From positions 1 through 37,156 of the IMG/VR virus record IMGVR_UViG_3300021185_000297: a DNA stretch of 37,156 nt. The stretch is one strand, 5' to 3'. A program made the position numbers and the translations under genes. Positions 7,738-16,082 of the stretch are shown piece by piece. The notes under the pieces were generated by a model. The model searched no databases. It had not been told where the DNA came from and saw nothing but the letters and a program-made list of their open reading frames with translations. This DNA is from a virus (taxonomy: Duplodnaviria > Caudoviricetes). How positions within the stretch are numbered: position 1 is the first letter of the stretch; every line of letters begins with the position of its first letter.

Positions 7738-7895
7738 TGATTGTATGTGTTTGTAAAGCAATCAGTGAGAAAGACCTAAAAGAAAACCCCAAACTACAAT
7801 CTCTTGTAGGTACTGGATGTGGGAAGTGTCTCTATGGCCCCCCATGGCAGTGCATCCTTCCCCCCGAAAAAAAACTTCAAAATAATTCAAAATAA
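7737..7895 (+). CDS. Bfd-like [2Fe-2S] ferredoxin
   Basis: MIVCVCKAIS...VGTGCGKC matches the Bfd CxC...CGxC pattern; TAATG coupling to the desaturase. Confidence 0.75.
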   Translation: MIVCVCKAISEKDLKENPKLQSLVGTGCGKCLYGPPWQCILPPEKKLQNNSK

Positions 7896-7898
7896 CGC

Positions 7899-7927
7899 TT
7901 GCCTTTCTCTGCCCTTGTTGTTATAAT
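7899..7927 (+). promoter_or_regulatory. Early sigma70-type promoter
   Basis: TTGCCT-17bp-TATAAT, extended -10 TG, A-rich upstream tract. Confidence 0.75.
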
Positions 7928-7933
7928 AAGTGT

Positions 7934-8089
7934 ATGTTAAATGAGAAAGAAAAAGATATTTCCTGTCCTGAGTGTTGCGGTAACGGTTACGACCTTGACG
8001 TGATGAACGAGACTGGAGATGAAGAGGATTGTTGGCAGTGTTGTGGTACTGGTACTACAACGGGTGAAGATTGGTATCCCAATTTTTAA
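7934..8089 (+). CDS. 51-aa acidic DnaJ-type zinc-finger peptide
   Basis: CPECCGNG and CWQCCGTG are two CxxCxGxG repeats; absent from the ORF track. Confidence 0.6.
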   Translation: MLNEKEKDISCPECCGNGYDLDVMNETGDEEDCWQCCGTGTTTGEDWYPNF

Positions 8090-8112
8090 TTCACTTATTC
8101 TGAAAATAATGC

Positions 8113-8141
8113 TTGACAATTCTTGCCCCATTTGATATAGT
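8113..8141 (+). promoter_or_regulatory. Early sigma70-type promoter
   Basis: TTGACA-17bp-TATAGT with extended -10 TG. Confidence 0.8.
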
Positions 8142-8174
8142 GTATAAGTAAATTAATTGAGAGGAAAATATATT

Positions 8175-8429
8175 ATGATTACATCAAAACTAAAACAGGA
8201 ACTTCTAGCCCTGAACTCTGTATCGGAGTTGAATGAAGTAATTGCTTTCGCAAGGGAAGCAGTGTCAATGCAAACTAAGGCGGCGATTACAGTCGGTTCT
8301 AAAGTTTATGTTGTTCAAAAGACCAAGAAAACTCTTGGTGAAGTTGTCAAAGTAAATATCAAGAAGGCGATTGTTATGTTGCCTGAAGGTAGATACTCTG
8401 TCCCATTAGCAATGTTGGAGGTGGCGTAA
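8175..8429 (+). CDS. Hypothetical early protein with SH3/KOW-like C-terminal barrel
   Basis: GAGGA RBS; ITVGSKVYVV...GEVVKVNIKKAIV pattern. Confidence 0.7.
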   Translation: MITSKLKQELLALNSVSELNEVIAFAREAVSMQTKAAITVGSKVYVVQKTKKTLGEVVKVNIKKAIVMLPEGRYSVPLAMLEVA

Positions 8430-9400
8430 TGAGTCATGAAGTAGAGATTGTAAACGGTCAAGCACAAATGGCGTATGCTGGTGATGTGCCTTGGCATGGA
8501 TTGGGGACTGCGGTCTCCAATGATTTGACCCCTAACCAAATGATGGTTAAAGCGGGTCTTGATTGGTCTGTGGATAAAGTTCCAACCTACGCAAAAGTAG
8601 GTGATGTGGAAGTTCCTACAGGTCAGGAAGCACTAGTAAGGTCTTCGGACAATAAAGTGTTGACTCAGGTTGGTAAGAACTGGCATCCTGTACAGAACGA
8701 AGAGGCGTTTGAATTCTTCTCTGAGTACTGTATGGCTGGTGACATGGAAATGCATACCGCTGGTTCACTCAAAGAAGGTAAGATGACTTGGGGACTTGCA
8801 AAAGTCAAAGAGTCGTTTGATGTTCTTGGTGATGACCAAGTGGATTCATTCCTATTGTTCTCTAACCCTCATGAGTACGGTAAGTCTATTGATATTAGGT
8901 TTACTCCAATTAGGGTTGTATGTAACAATACATTGTCTATGGCACTTGCAAGTGTAAAGAACACTGGTGTGAAGTTGTCTCACAGAAAAATGTTTGACGC
9001 TGATATGGTTAAAGAACACATGGGTATTGCACACGATAAGTTTGCACAATACAAAGATGTGTGTCAGTTCCTTGCGTCCAAGCAGTTCTCTGCTGAAGCA
9101 TTGATTCAGTACTACAATGAAGTCTTCCCTAGAACTTACAAGGGTAAAGAAGAAATCGAAGTAAAAGATTTCCTTGACTTGACTTCTAACGGTCAAAAGG
9201 CTTATGAAGTTCTTGAGACACAACCTGGCGCTAACTTTGCGAAGGGTTCATGGTGGCAAGCACTTAACAGTGTAACCTACTTAACTGACCACGAGATGGG
9301 TAGAGAAGTTGATTCAAGATTGACCTCTGCATGGTTCGGTGCAAACCAAACTAGAAAAATCAAAGCGGTTGAGAAAGCAGTCGAATTTGCGACTGCATAA
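8429..9400 (+). CDS. DUF932 family (TIGR03299-like) phage/plasmid protein
   Basis: PWHGLG, AGLDWSV, VQNEEAFEFF, TAGSLKEGK, TPIRVVCNNTL, WWQALNSVTYLTDH. Confidence 0.88.
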   Translation: MSHEVEIVNGQAQMAYAGDVPWHGLGTAVSNDLTPNQMMVKAGLDWSVDKVPTYAKVGDVEVPTGQEALVRSSDNKVLTQVGKNWHPVQNEEAFEFFSEYCMAGDMEMHTAGSLKEGKMTWGLAKVKESFDVLGDDQVDSFLLFSNPHEYGKSIDIRFTPIRVVCNNTLSMALASVKNTGVKLSHRKMFDADMVKEHMGIAHDKFAQYKDVCQFLASKQFSAEALIQYYNEVFPRTYKGKEEIEVKDFLDLTSNGQKAYEVLETQPGANFAKGSWWQALNSVTYLTDHEMGREVDSRLTSAWFGANQTRKIKAVEKAVEFATA

Positions 9401-9403
9401 GGA

Positions 9404-10024
9404 GTGAACGTGGAGAATATTAATTATGAACCACTTCTACCAGTAGGGTTCTTGATGGGGAGATTGGATACGTCCAGTCTTCCTATGCAAGAAATGATTG
9501 ACTATTTGGTAGAGAATAAAGCTAATGCTGGTCATTCTGGCAACCATGATGTTTCGTCACATACACAAGCGGAGGATATTGTTATCTCCGATAATGTGGA
9601 TTGTTTCCAAGAACTTATGGGCGTCATCGATGAAGGTATGGAGAACTTTACTAAAGGTCAGGTCGAGATTGAAAACATATGGGGACAGGTGCAAGACACG
9701 GGACAGTGTACTGCCTATCATGCCCATACAGACCCATACAGACGGCCTGATGGAAAAGATTTGTCGTTTGTATTTTATCTACAAGCAGACGAAATGAGTG
9801 GACACCTAAAATTTCCTATAGAGGTACATGGTGTTGACTATGGTAAAACTGTGGTTCCTAATACGGGTGGGATTGTAATCTTCCCCGCACATTTACCACA
9901 TTATACATATAAGAATGCTTCCGATAGTCCTAGGATTGTCGTGAGTGGTAACTATAGGGTAAAGGGATTTAAACAGTACAGACCCCAACCCAAGAAACAA
10001 GGAAGTAGTAATGAAACAAAGTAA
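9404..10024 (+). CDS. Putative 2OG-Fe(II) oxygenase
   Basis: HAH, LSFVFYL, IVIFPAHLPH, RIVVSGN motifs. Confidence 0.8.
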   Translation: MNVENINYEPLLPVGFLMGRLDTSSLPMQEMIDYLVENKANAGHSGNHDVSSHTQAEDIVISDNVDCFQELMGVIDEGMENFTKGQVEIENIWGQVQDTGQCTAYHAHTDPYRRPDGKDLSFVFYLQADEMSGHLKFPIEVHGVDYGKTVVPNTGGIVIFPAHLPHYTYKNASDSPRIVVSGNYRVKGFKQYRPQPKKQGSSNETK

Positions 10025-10688
10025 TCATGCAAATGCATATATGAAATCACCACGATATCAAGAATATCGAGAACAGATGTTAGCTAAAGGTGGATTTGAA
10101 GACGATTGGGACAGACAAGTAAAGTTAGGTGATAACTTACTAGACCAAGAAAAATTCTTTTCGCATCGTATCAATGATGGTGGTATCATGTCATTCGAAA
10201 CACGTGAAGATGGTGAATGGAAAACCGTCTCATTAAATGACATCTTGAAGGATAGACGAGTAGTAATCTTCGGATTGCCAGGCGCTTTCACTCCAACATG
10301 TACTACTCAACAATTACCCAACTTTGAATTGAACTATGAGAAGTTTACTGAAGACCGTGCTATTGATGAAATTTATTGTCTATCAGTAAATGATACCTTT
10401 GTAATGAATGCGTGGTTCGAAAATTCATTCATCGAGAAGGTGAAACCCATTCCTGATGGGAATTGTGAATTATCGATGGCATTGGGCCTAGATGTTGATA
10501 AATCATCTTTAGGTTTCGGTAGAAGGTCATGGAGATACGCAATGGTCGTTAATAACGGCATTGTTGAAATCCTTCAGATTGAAGACGGTTTCCCTGCCAA
10601 TAAAGACAACCCCGACCCATATGAAGTTTCTGCACCTCAGAACATCCTATCTCTCTTGGATGCTCACTACGATTTAAATATCGATTAG
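10011..10688 (+). CDS. Peroxiredoxin (Prx5/redoxin family)
   Basis: FGLPGAFTPTC, SVNDTFVMNAW, PDGN, GRRSWRYAMVV, DPYEVS. Confidence 0.93.
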   Translation: MKQSNHANAYMKSPRYQEYREQMLAKGGFEDDWDRQVKLGDNLLDQEKFFSHRINDGGIMSFETREDGEWKTVSLNDILKDRRVVIFGLPGAFTPTCTTQQLPNFELNYEKFTEDRAIDEIYCLSVNDTFVMNAWFENSFIEKVKPIPDGNCELSMALGLDVDKSSLGFGRRSWRYAMVVNNGIVEILQIEDGFPANKDNPDPYEVSAPQNILSLLDAHYDLNID

Positions 10689-10700
10689 GTGCAAACCCCC

Positions 10701-10754
10701 GTGGGGACTACCCCTTTCTCTCTCAATTAATAGGTAGTCCCCACATCTTTTTTT
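10701..10754 (+). terminator. Intrinsic terminator-like hairpin with a 20-nt loop (possible sRNA)
   Basis: Perfect 12-bp stem GTGGGGACTACC/GGTAGTCCCCAC followed by a T run. Confidence 0.75.
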
Positions 10755-10767
10755 AAAAACCCTTATA

Positions 10768-10780
10768 AATCAAAGACTTG
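10768..10780 (+). promoter_or_regulatory. IHF consensus site
   Basis: AATCAAAGACTTG matches WATCAANNNNTTR; A/T tract upstream; just 5' of an early promoter. Confidence 0.4.
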
Positions 10781-10796
10781 TTATGAAAGAAAGTGC

Positions 10797-10825
10797 TTGA
10801 CATTTTCTGCCCCATATGCGATAAT
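10797..10825 (+). promoter_or_regulatory. Early sigma70-type promoter
   Basis: TTGACA-17bp-GATAAT with extended -10 TG. Confidence 0.75.
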
Positions 10826-10860
10826 GGTTTTGTAATTGAGATTAAAGAGAGAGCTTTGTT

Positions 10861-11280
10861 ATGGCGATATATATGTGTGTTGAGGGTGGTAAGAAACACC
10901 AAAAAGAATTGACCGAACAAGTCGTGTATGCAGTAACTAAGAAGTTAATGCCTCGACTGAAGAACTTAGAAATAGACATCAAATTAGACCCACGTCTCAG
11001 TGAGAAAACTGGATGTGAAGGATTTTGTCTCCAAGTCGATGACCGACAGTATGAGTTGGAGATAGATAGTAATCTTGGGTTACGTGACTTCGTTACTACT
11101 ATAGTACACGAAATGGTTCATGTAAAACAAGGTGTACGTGGGGAGTTACGTGAACTCATGGGTAAACAATACTGGAAAGGTCGTGTTTGCAACAAAGAGT
11201 ACATGGAACAACCTTGGGAAAAGGAGGCATATCGCCTTCAAGATAAACTAGCGACATGGGTGTGGGAGAATGTTCTATGA
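10861..11280 (+). CDS. Zincin-like metallopeptidase-domain protein
   Basis: TTIVHEMVHVKQ (HExxH) plus QPWEKEAY distal Glu. Confidence 0.8.
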   Translation: MAIYMCVEGGKKHQKELTEQVVYAVTKKLMPRLKNLEIDIKLDPRLSEKTGCEGFCLQVDDRQYELEIDSNLGLRDFVTTIVHEMVHVKQGVRGELRELMGKQYWKGRVCNKEYMEQPWEKEAYRLQDKLATWVWENVL

Positions 11281-11441
11281 ACACCAACGATGAACGGACA
11301 ATGTTAGAAGTTGAGATTGCATGGTTAGAGAAAGACTTAAACAATGCAGAACAAAACGACAACGAGCCAATGGTCAGGAATCTGTCCAAACGACTCGAAT
11401 CATTGTACGAAAAGTTGACTGAACTCAAAAATAGTGCTTGA
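11277..11441 (+). CDS. Small coiled-coil hypothetical protein
   Basis: ATGA overlap, GGAG RBS, helical heptad pattern. Confidence 0.6.
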   Translation: MNTNDERTMLEVEIAWLEKDLNNAEQNDNEPMVRNLSKRLESLYEKLTELKNSA

Positions 11442-11466
11442 CAAAACCTGTTCTTGTTGTTATAAT
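11438..11466 (+). promoter_or_regulatory. Early sigma70-type promoter
   Basis: TTGACA-17bp-TATAAT with extended -10 TG. Confidence 0.85.
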
Positions 11467-11499
11467 GAGTATGTTGAATTGATTTGAAAGGTTTATATT

Positions 11500-12135
11500 A
11501 TGGTTAAAATTGCGGATTCAAGTTTGTACAATCTCTATTGTATCAAACATGCACAGAAACAGAATCGAGGTGCCAAGGGTACTACCGATTCTGAACGTAA
11601 GAAGTGTTACCGTTCTGAATGGGCATTTCAATCTGCAATGGAATTGAAGGGTAACCCCATTCCTACATTTGCTAATCTTTCTGAAGCACAGAAATTTGCG
11701 AAGAAGATTTACAAATCTAAGACATGGTACAAGCTCTTTGCGGAAAGTGGGGAACAAGATTTTATGAATCTGTTCCTCTCTGCCCGTAAACCTGAAGTTC
11801 AATTGAAAGCACGTTCCACTGGTCGTGGTACGTCAGGATTCACTAATGGACATAGTGTTACTCTTGATGCAAAGTGTGGTATGGATGCATACACCTTGAT
11901 TCACGAGTTGACTCACTGTCTTGGTCACATGCACCACGGACGTTCGTTCCGAAAAGCATTAGTACGCATGGTAGGAACATTCCTCGGTGCGGAGTATAAA
12001 AAGGAACTCAAAGCTCAGTTTAAGAAAAACAAACTGAACTGTGGTGAAGCACGTAAACCAATGTCATTTGAGAATTGGGTTGCTTCACGTAATCGCATGA
12101 AGGAGATGCGTGATAAAATGGAAAATGGAAAGTAA
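11500..12135 (+). CDS. HExxH metallohydrolase/peptidase-like protein
   Basis: LIHELTHCL...HHGRSF (HExxH plus HG-x-x-F, SprT/TIGR04338-like). Confidence 0.72.
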   Translation: MVKIADSSLYNLYCIKHAQKQNRGAKGTTDSERKKCYRSEWAFQSAMELKGNPIPTFANLSEAQKFAKKIYKSKTWYKLFAESGEQDFMNLFLSARKPEVQLKARSTGRGTSGFTNGHSVTLDAKCGMDAYTLIHELTHCLGHMHHGRSFRKALVRMVGTFLGAEYKKELKAQFKKNKLNCGEARKPMSFENWVASRNRMKEMRDKMENGK

Positions 12136-12448
12136 AGAATTGTTTAAACCTAAACCGAATGATTTCTCACCCGAAGAGGTAAAGAACTCCAATAGGATTC
12201 AGAAGTCTGCAACTCCGAAGTATACTCTTGACTGGTATATCAAATGGATTGCGTCTGCTATGTTATTGGTCGGAATGTCTATGAGAGGGATTGCAGAGTT
12301 GATTGTATTCGACTTGACAATCTCTGCCTTAGGTGTTACTCTATGGTTATGGGTAAGTATATTATGGAAAGACCGTGCGTTGATTGTTGTGAACTCTGTC
12401 GGTCTCTTGTTATTGATTCGCAACCTTATAGGAGTGTTGTATGTTTGA
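12125..12448 (+). CDS. Small multi-TM membrane protein (DUF6552-like)
   Basis: LDWYIKWIAS...WLWVSILWKDRALIVVN; three hydrophobic segments. Confidence 0.7.
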   Translation: MESKELFKPKPNDFSPEEVKNSNRIQKSATPKYTLDWYIKWIASAMLLVGMSMRGIAELIVFDLTISALGVTLWLWVSILWKDRALIVVNSVGLLLLIRNLIGVLYV

Positions 12449-13115
12449 ACACGTGAAAACAGAACTTAAAGAAATGGATGCTGTCACTACCGAAACTGGT
12501 AGACAGTATAAGACCCCCGATGGAATTAAACTACCATCAATTACTACCGTCCTCTCAATACTGAGTCGTGACGGTATCGCCGCATGGCGTAAGAAGGTAG
12601 GTGATGCGGAAGCAAACCGAATCTCTTATCGTGCATCTACTCGTGGTACTGCGGTTCACGAGATTCTAGAAAAGTATATCGACAATGAACCTGATTTCAA
12701 AGAAGGTTATACACCCGATATCATCCAATCATTCCTTGCAGTAAAGGACATACTTGATACTCGTATCGGTAAGGTCTATGCACAAGAAGCTCCACTCTAC
12801 TCTACCCATTTGGGTATTGCGGGACGTGTTGACTGTGTTGCAGAGTTCGATGGACAACTATCCATCATTGACTTCAAGACTTCAATGAAAAAGAAACCTA
12901 CTAAGTTCGTAACCAACTACTTCATGCAAGAGTCGGGTTATGCTGTTATGTGGGAAGAACGTACAGGAATGCCAATCACACAACTTGTGACAATCATTTC
13001 GGTGGACAATGATGAACCTCAAGTGTTTATTGAACATCGTGATAACTGGATTAACAGTCTAAAAGATACAATTAAACAGTATAATGAAGAAAACTCTAGT
13101 GCAGTTTTGTTATAA
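12441..13115 (+). CDS. PD-(D/E)xK exonuclease (Cas4/RecB-like, common in T4-like phages)
   Basis: PSITTVLS, RGTAVHE, QEAPLYS, AGRVDC, IIDFKTS, YFMQESGYA. Confidence 0.88.
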   Translation: MFEHVKTELKEMDAVTTETGRQYKTPDGIKLPSITTVLSILSRDGIAAWRKKVGDAEANRISYRASTRGTAVHEILEKYIDNEPDFKEGYTPDIIQSFLAVKDILDTRIGKVYAQEAPLYSTHLGIAGRVDCVAEFDGQLSIIDFKTSMKKKPTKFVTNYFMQESGYAVMWEERTGMPITQLVTIISVDNDEPQVFIEHRDNWINSLKDTIKQYNEENSSAVLL

Positions 13116-13118
13116 ATA
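13111..13118 (+). promoter_or_regulatory. T4-type late promoter
   Basis: TATAAATA ahead of the internal-protein cluster. Confidence 0.8.
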
Positions 13119-13155
13119 GAAGGGTAAACTTTTAATTTGTAACAATGGGATAACT

Positions 13156-14445
13156 ATGTTTAGTTTTGCAAGATTCTTGTCAGAGGAAATTGAAGTATCA
13201 GATTTTCCCGCTGATGTATTCGGCGACATACCTGTAGAAAAGAAATCATCTAATAGTAAGACAACTGTACTTGTTGCACGTTCGAATGATAGGCTTACTG
13301 ACCGTGACGAACTGGTACGTAATTTAAAACAGGCAGGCATCGATGCAGAAGTCCGAGAGAAATCAGGACAGTCAGTTGACCCCATTCATATCGACAAAGG
13401 GTTCGATACTAAAGTAATCATATTAGTTAAACCTAAGTCGGGTGGTATTGGTGAGACAACTCTCAATGCATCCATTACTGAACTGTTCCCCGCAATCGCA
13501 TGGGAAAAGAATTTCAACGTTGGAACTAACATCGAAAAGTTCTATGACTTCTTATTAGAACAAGACCCTACCAAATTAAAGTGTGTACAGAAAGCAGACG
13601 CAAAGGCGGCTATCGAAACTATTCAAAAAGCATCCGAATCATCCAAGTTCTCAGAGAAGATGTTGAACGCAATGGGTGTGTACAAATACCTACAGGATGA
13701 AAACAAAAGTAAACCTATCAAGACAGTCTACTGGGGATATCGTGCAAAACCTAAAGGTGTTCCAAAGAACCATCCTGGCGATATCTTTTTAGAATTCCAA
13801 GACGGTGAGATGTTAGGTGTATCACTCAAAGCGGGTGGTAAGAAAACCAAAGAACCCAAACTCAATACATACGTCAATCCTATCTTCGATGCTTTCAAAG
13901 ATAGTGGTGTAAAGAAACTCAGAAAAGACTTGCATGACAAAGTGTATTCTAAGATTGAAGGAATGCCTGATGCACGTTCTTATGATGGTTCAAAGAGACG
14001 TGATACCGCAAAAGCCCTTCTTGACCTATCAAAGAAAGATAATAAAAGGTACGAACAACTCTATGACCAACATCTAGAAGTATGTCGTGGTGCGGTCATT
14101 GACCTATTCAATAAAAACAAAGATAAGACATTGGACTACATTCGTTCAGCAATCCTAAGAGATGCTCCCGATGTTCCTACTAAGGTAATCAAGGCGGTCA
14201 AAGATGACTTCGAAGAGATTACTGCTAATGATGAACTTGGTGTATTTCTTCCTATGGTGAAGTTCATAAAAGCTTACCCATCAAGAACATCAAAACAGAA
14301 TTGGTTCCTTGAATTAAAATCAAAAGATGATACTATCAGTATGGAGATGGCAATTCGAACCAACAAAGCAGGAAACGCTGGTCAGAAAAAACTAGGACAG
14401 TTCTTTAATCTTGCAGTAAAATATAACTCATTGAAAACATCATGA
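13156..14445 (+). CDS. Probable virion-internal protein with a restriction-endonuclease-like motif
   Basis: N-terminus MFSFARFLSEE (capsid-targeting-like); ASITELFP...HPGDIFL...GVSLK resembles the E...D...(S/E)xK nuclease core. Confidence 0.6.
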   Translation: MFSFARFLSEEIEVSDFPADVFGDIPVEKKSSNSKTTVLVARSNDRLTDRDELVRNLKQAGIDAEVREKSGQSVDPIHIDKGFDTKVIILVKPKSGGIGETTLNASITELFPAIAWEKNFNVGTNIEKFYDFLLEQDPTKLKCVQKADAKAAIETIQKASESSKFSEKMLNAMGVYKYLQDENKSKPIKTVYWGYRAKPKGVPKNHPGDIFLEFQDGEMLGVSLKAGGKKTKEPKLNTYVNPIFDAFKDSGVKKLRKDLHDKVYSKIEGMPDARSYDGSKRRDTAKALLDLSKKDNKRYEQLYDQHLEVCRGAVIDLFNKNKDKTLDYIRSAILRDAPDVPTKVIKAVKDDFEEITANDELGVFLPMVKFIKAYPSRTSKQNWFLELKSKDDTISMEMAIRTNKAGNAGQKKLGQFFNLAVKYNSLKTS

Positions 14446-15053
14446 TAAACATGCAACTCTATGACCAAGATTTTGTCAATCCGTTGCCTCATGTATTTGA
14501 TGGTATTGCGGTAATGACACCACCTAAGAATGCGTCTTCACTCATTAATCTCTACTATGGTAGAGAGTGTGGTAGATTGACGTGGCTTGAAGCTGAGTAC
14601 AAAGAGTCTATTGCAATTAAACGTGACCCCATCGATAGATGGTGCGGTGCAATGAATCAACAACGTTGGAGACTCAAACGTCTAATGTCAAATTTTGAGA
14701 TGCTTACTGATAAAGATGTTGAATTTTGGAATCAAAATCCTAATGATATAGTGAAACTTCACGCACCAAAGGATAGTCCAATAAGAAACATATCTGAGTT
14801 TTGTTCTCAGTTTGATTGGGCAGGTTCTACAAAAGAATATGATGCGGTCTACTACTTACATCAAGTAGATGATGTGATAGAAAACGTACTAAAACTAGCA
14901 ACCTATAAGGGTAATCCTATGGGTGAGGTGTATCGACACGACAGTAAGAAAAAAGATATCGAATTAGTTTCAGTTTTCGACTTGACAGAAGAATCAAAAA
15001 AGATTATAATGGAACAAATATATCAAGACGACTACAAATATGGTTGGGTGTAA
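14442..15053 (+). CDS. Sulfotransferase-like protein
   Basis: PPKNASS (5'-PSB-like) and KRDPIDRW (3'-PB-like) motifs. Confidence 0.65.
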   Translation: MINMQLYDQDFVNPLPHVFDGIAVMTPPKNASSLINLYYGRECGRLTWLEAEYKESIAIKRDPIDRWCGAMNQQRWRLKRLMSNFEMLTDKDVEFWNQNPNDIVKLHAPKDSPIRNISEFCSQFDWAGSTKEYDAVYYLHQVDDVIENVLKLATYKGNPMGEVYRHDSKKKDIELVSVFDLTEESKKIIMEQIYQDDYKYGWV

Positions 15054-15722
15054 TGGAACATTTTAAAACATTTATAACAGAACAAAAGAATACTCACATG
15101 ACTCATATTGAGGACAAGGTTCTCTATGGTGGTGTGAAGGGTACACGAGAAGCAATCTTTGCTCTTCGTAATCTACGTGATATGTTAGGTGGAGTTTCTT
15201 CATCTAAACTATCAACTAAGTGGGATGGTGCCCCTGCCGTTTTCTGTGGTCAAGACCCAAGAGACGGTGAGTTCTTTGTTGCGAAGAAGGGTGTGTTTGC
15301 AAAGAGTCCCAAGGTCTATAAGACTGACGAGGAAATCGATGCGGACATGTCAGGTGACCTCGCAACCAAAATGAAACTTGCTCTTAAGCATCTTCCTGAA
15401 TTAGGAATCAAAGGTGTTATACAGGGTGACTTTCTATTCGGTGGTGGAGACGTAGAGACTAAGACTATTGATGGTCAGAAGTATACTACCTTCCATCCTA
15501 ATACTATAATATATGCAATACCTTATGACCAAGCTGCGGAAGTACGCAAGTCAAAAATGGGTGTTGTATGGCACACTACATATAAGGGTAAAGATTTTGA
15601 ATCGATGAAGGCATCTTACGGTGTTGACGTATCCAAGTTCAAGAACTCAAAAAATGTATGGTCACAAGACGCCATGTTGCGTGATGTGAGCGGTGCAACT
15701 ATGTCCAAACAGGAGACAAAAG

Positions 15723-16025
15723 ATGTTAACAAATATTTATCAATCAGTGGTACAATTTTTCAAAAGATTGCTGGGTCAACCCTCAGACAACTCGAAGGTA
15801 ACAAAGACCTCGCCACGCAAATCGAACAGTACGGGAACAAGTTCGTCCGCCAAGGGCAAATCATCCCCGACTCGAAAAGGCACGTCAAAGGCCTCATCAA
15901 GTGGATTAGAGAAAAGTACCAAAAAGAAATCGACAGTAAAAAGAGCGCCAAAGGCAAAGCCAACTGGGAAGCAAAGCAAAAAGACATCCTCAGTTTCTTC
16001 AGTGAAAAAAACCAAAAAAACTTAG
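15723..16025 (+). CDS. Putative overprinted (+1 frame) 100-aa Lys/Ser/Thr-rich basic protein with an amphipathic N-terminus
   Basis: AGGAG at 15711-15715, ATG 15723; host-frame third positions switch to C/A across this interval. Confidence 0.65.
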   Translation: MLTNIYQSVVQFFKRLLGQPSDNSKVTKTSPRKSNSTGTSSSAKGKSSPTRKGTSKASSSGLEKSTKKKSTVKRAPKAKPTGKQSKKTSSVSSVKKTKKT

Positions 16026-16074
16026 TGATGATGTTTGATTTGCAAAAAAATATGGTTTTTGCAAAGTTAAAACT

Positions 16075-16082
16075 TATAAATA
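16075..16082 (+). promoter_or_regulatory. T4-type late promoter (intragenic)
   Basis: TATAAATA about 200 nt upstream of ORF 16276. Confidence 0.6.

Noticed and set aside
12441-13115. Cas4-like nuclease suggesting a phage mini-CRISPR system
   Set aside because: No repeat-spacer array or other cas gene was seen; this exonuclease is common in T4-like phages.
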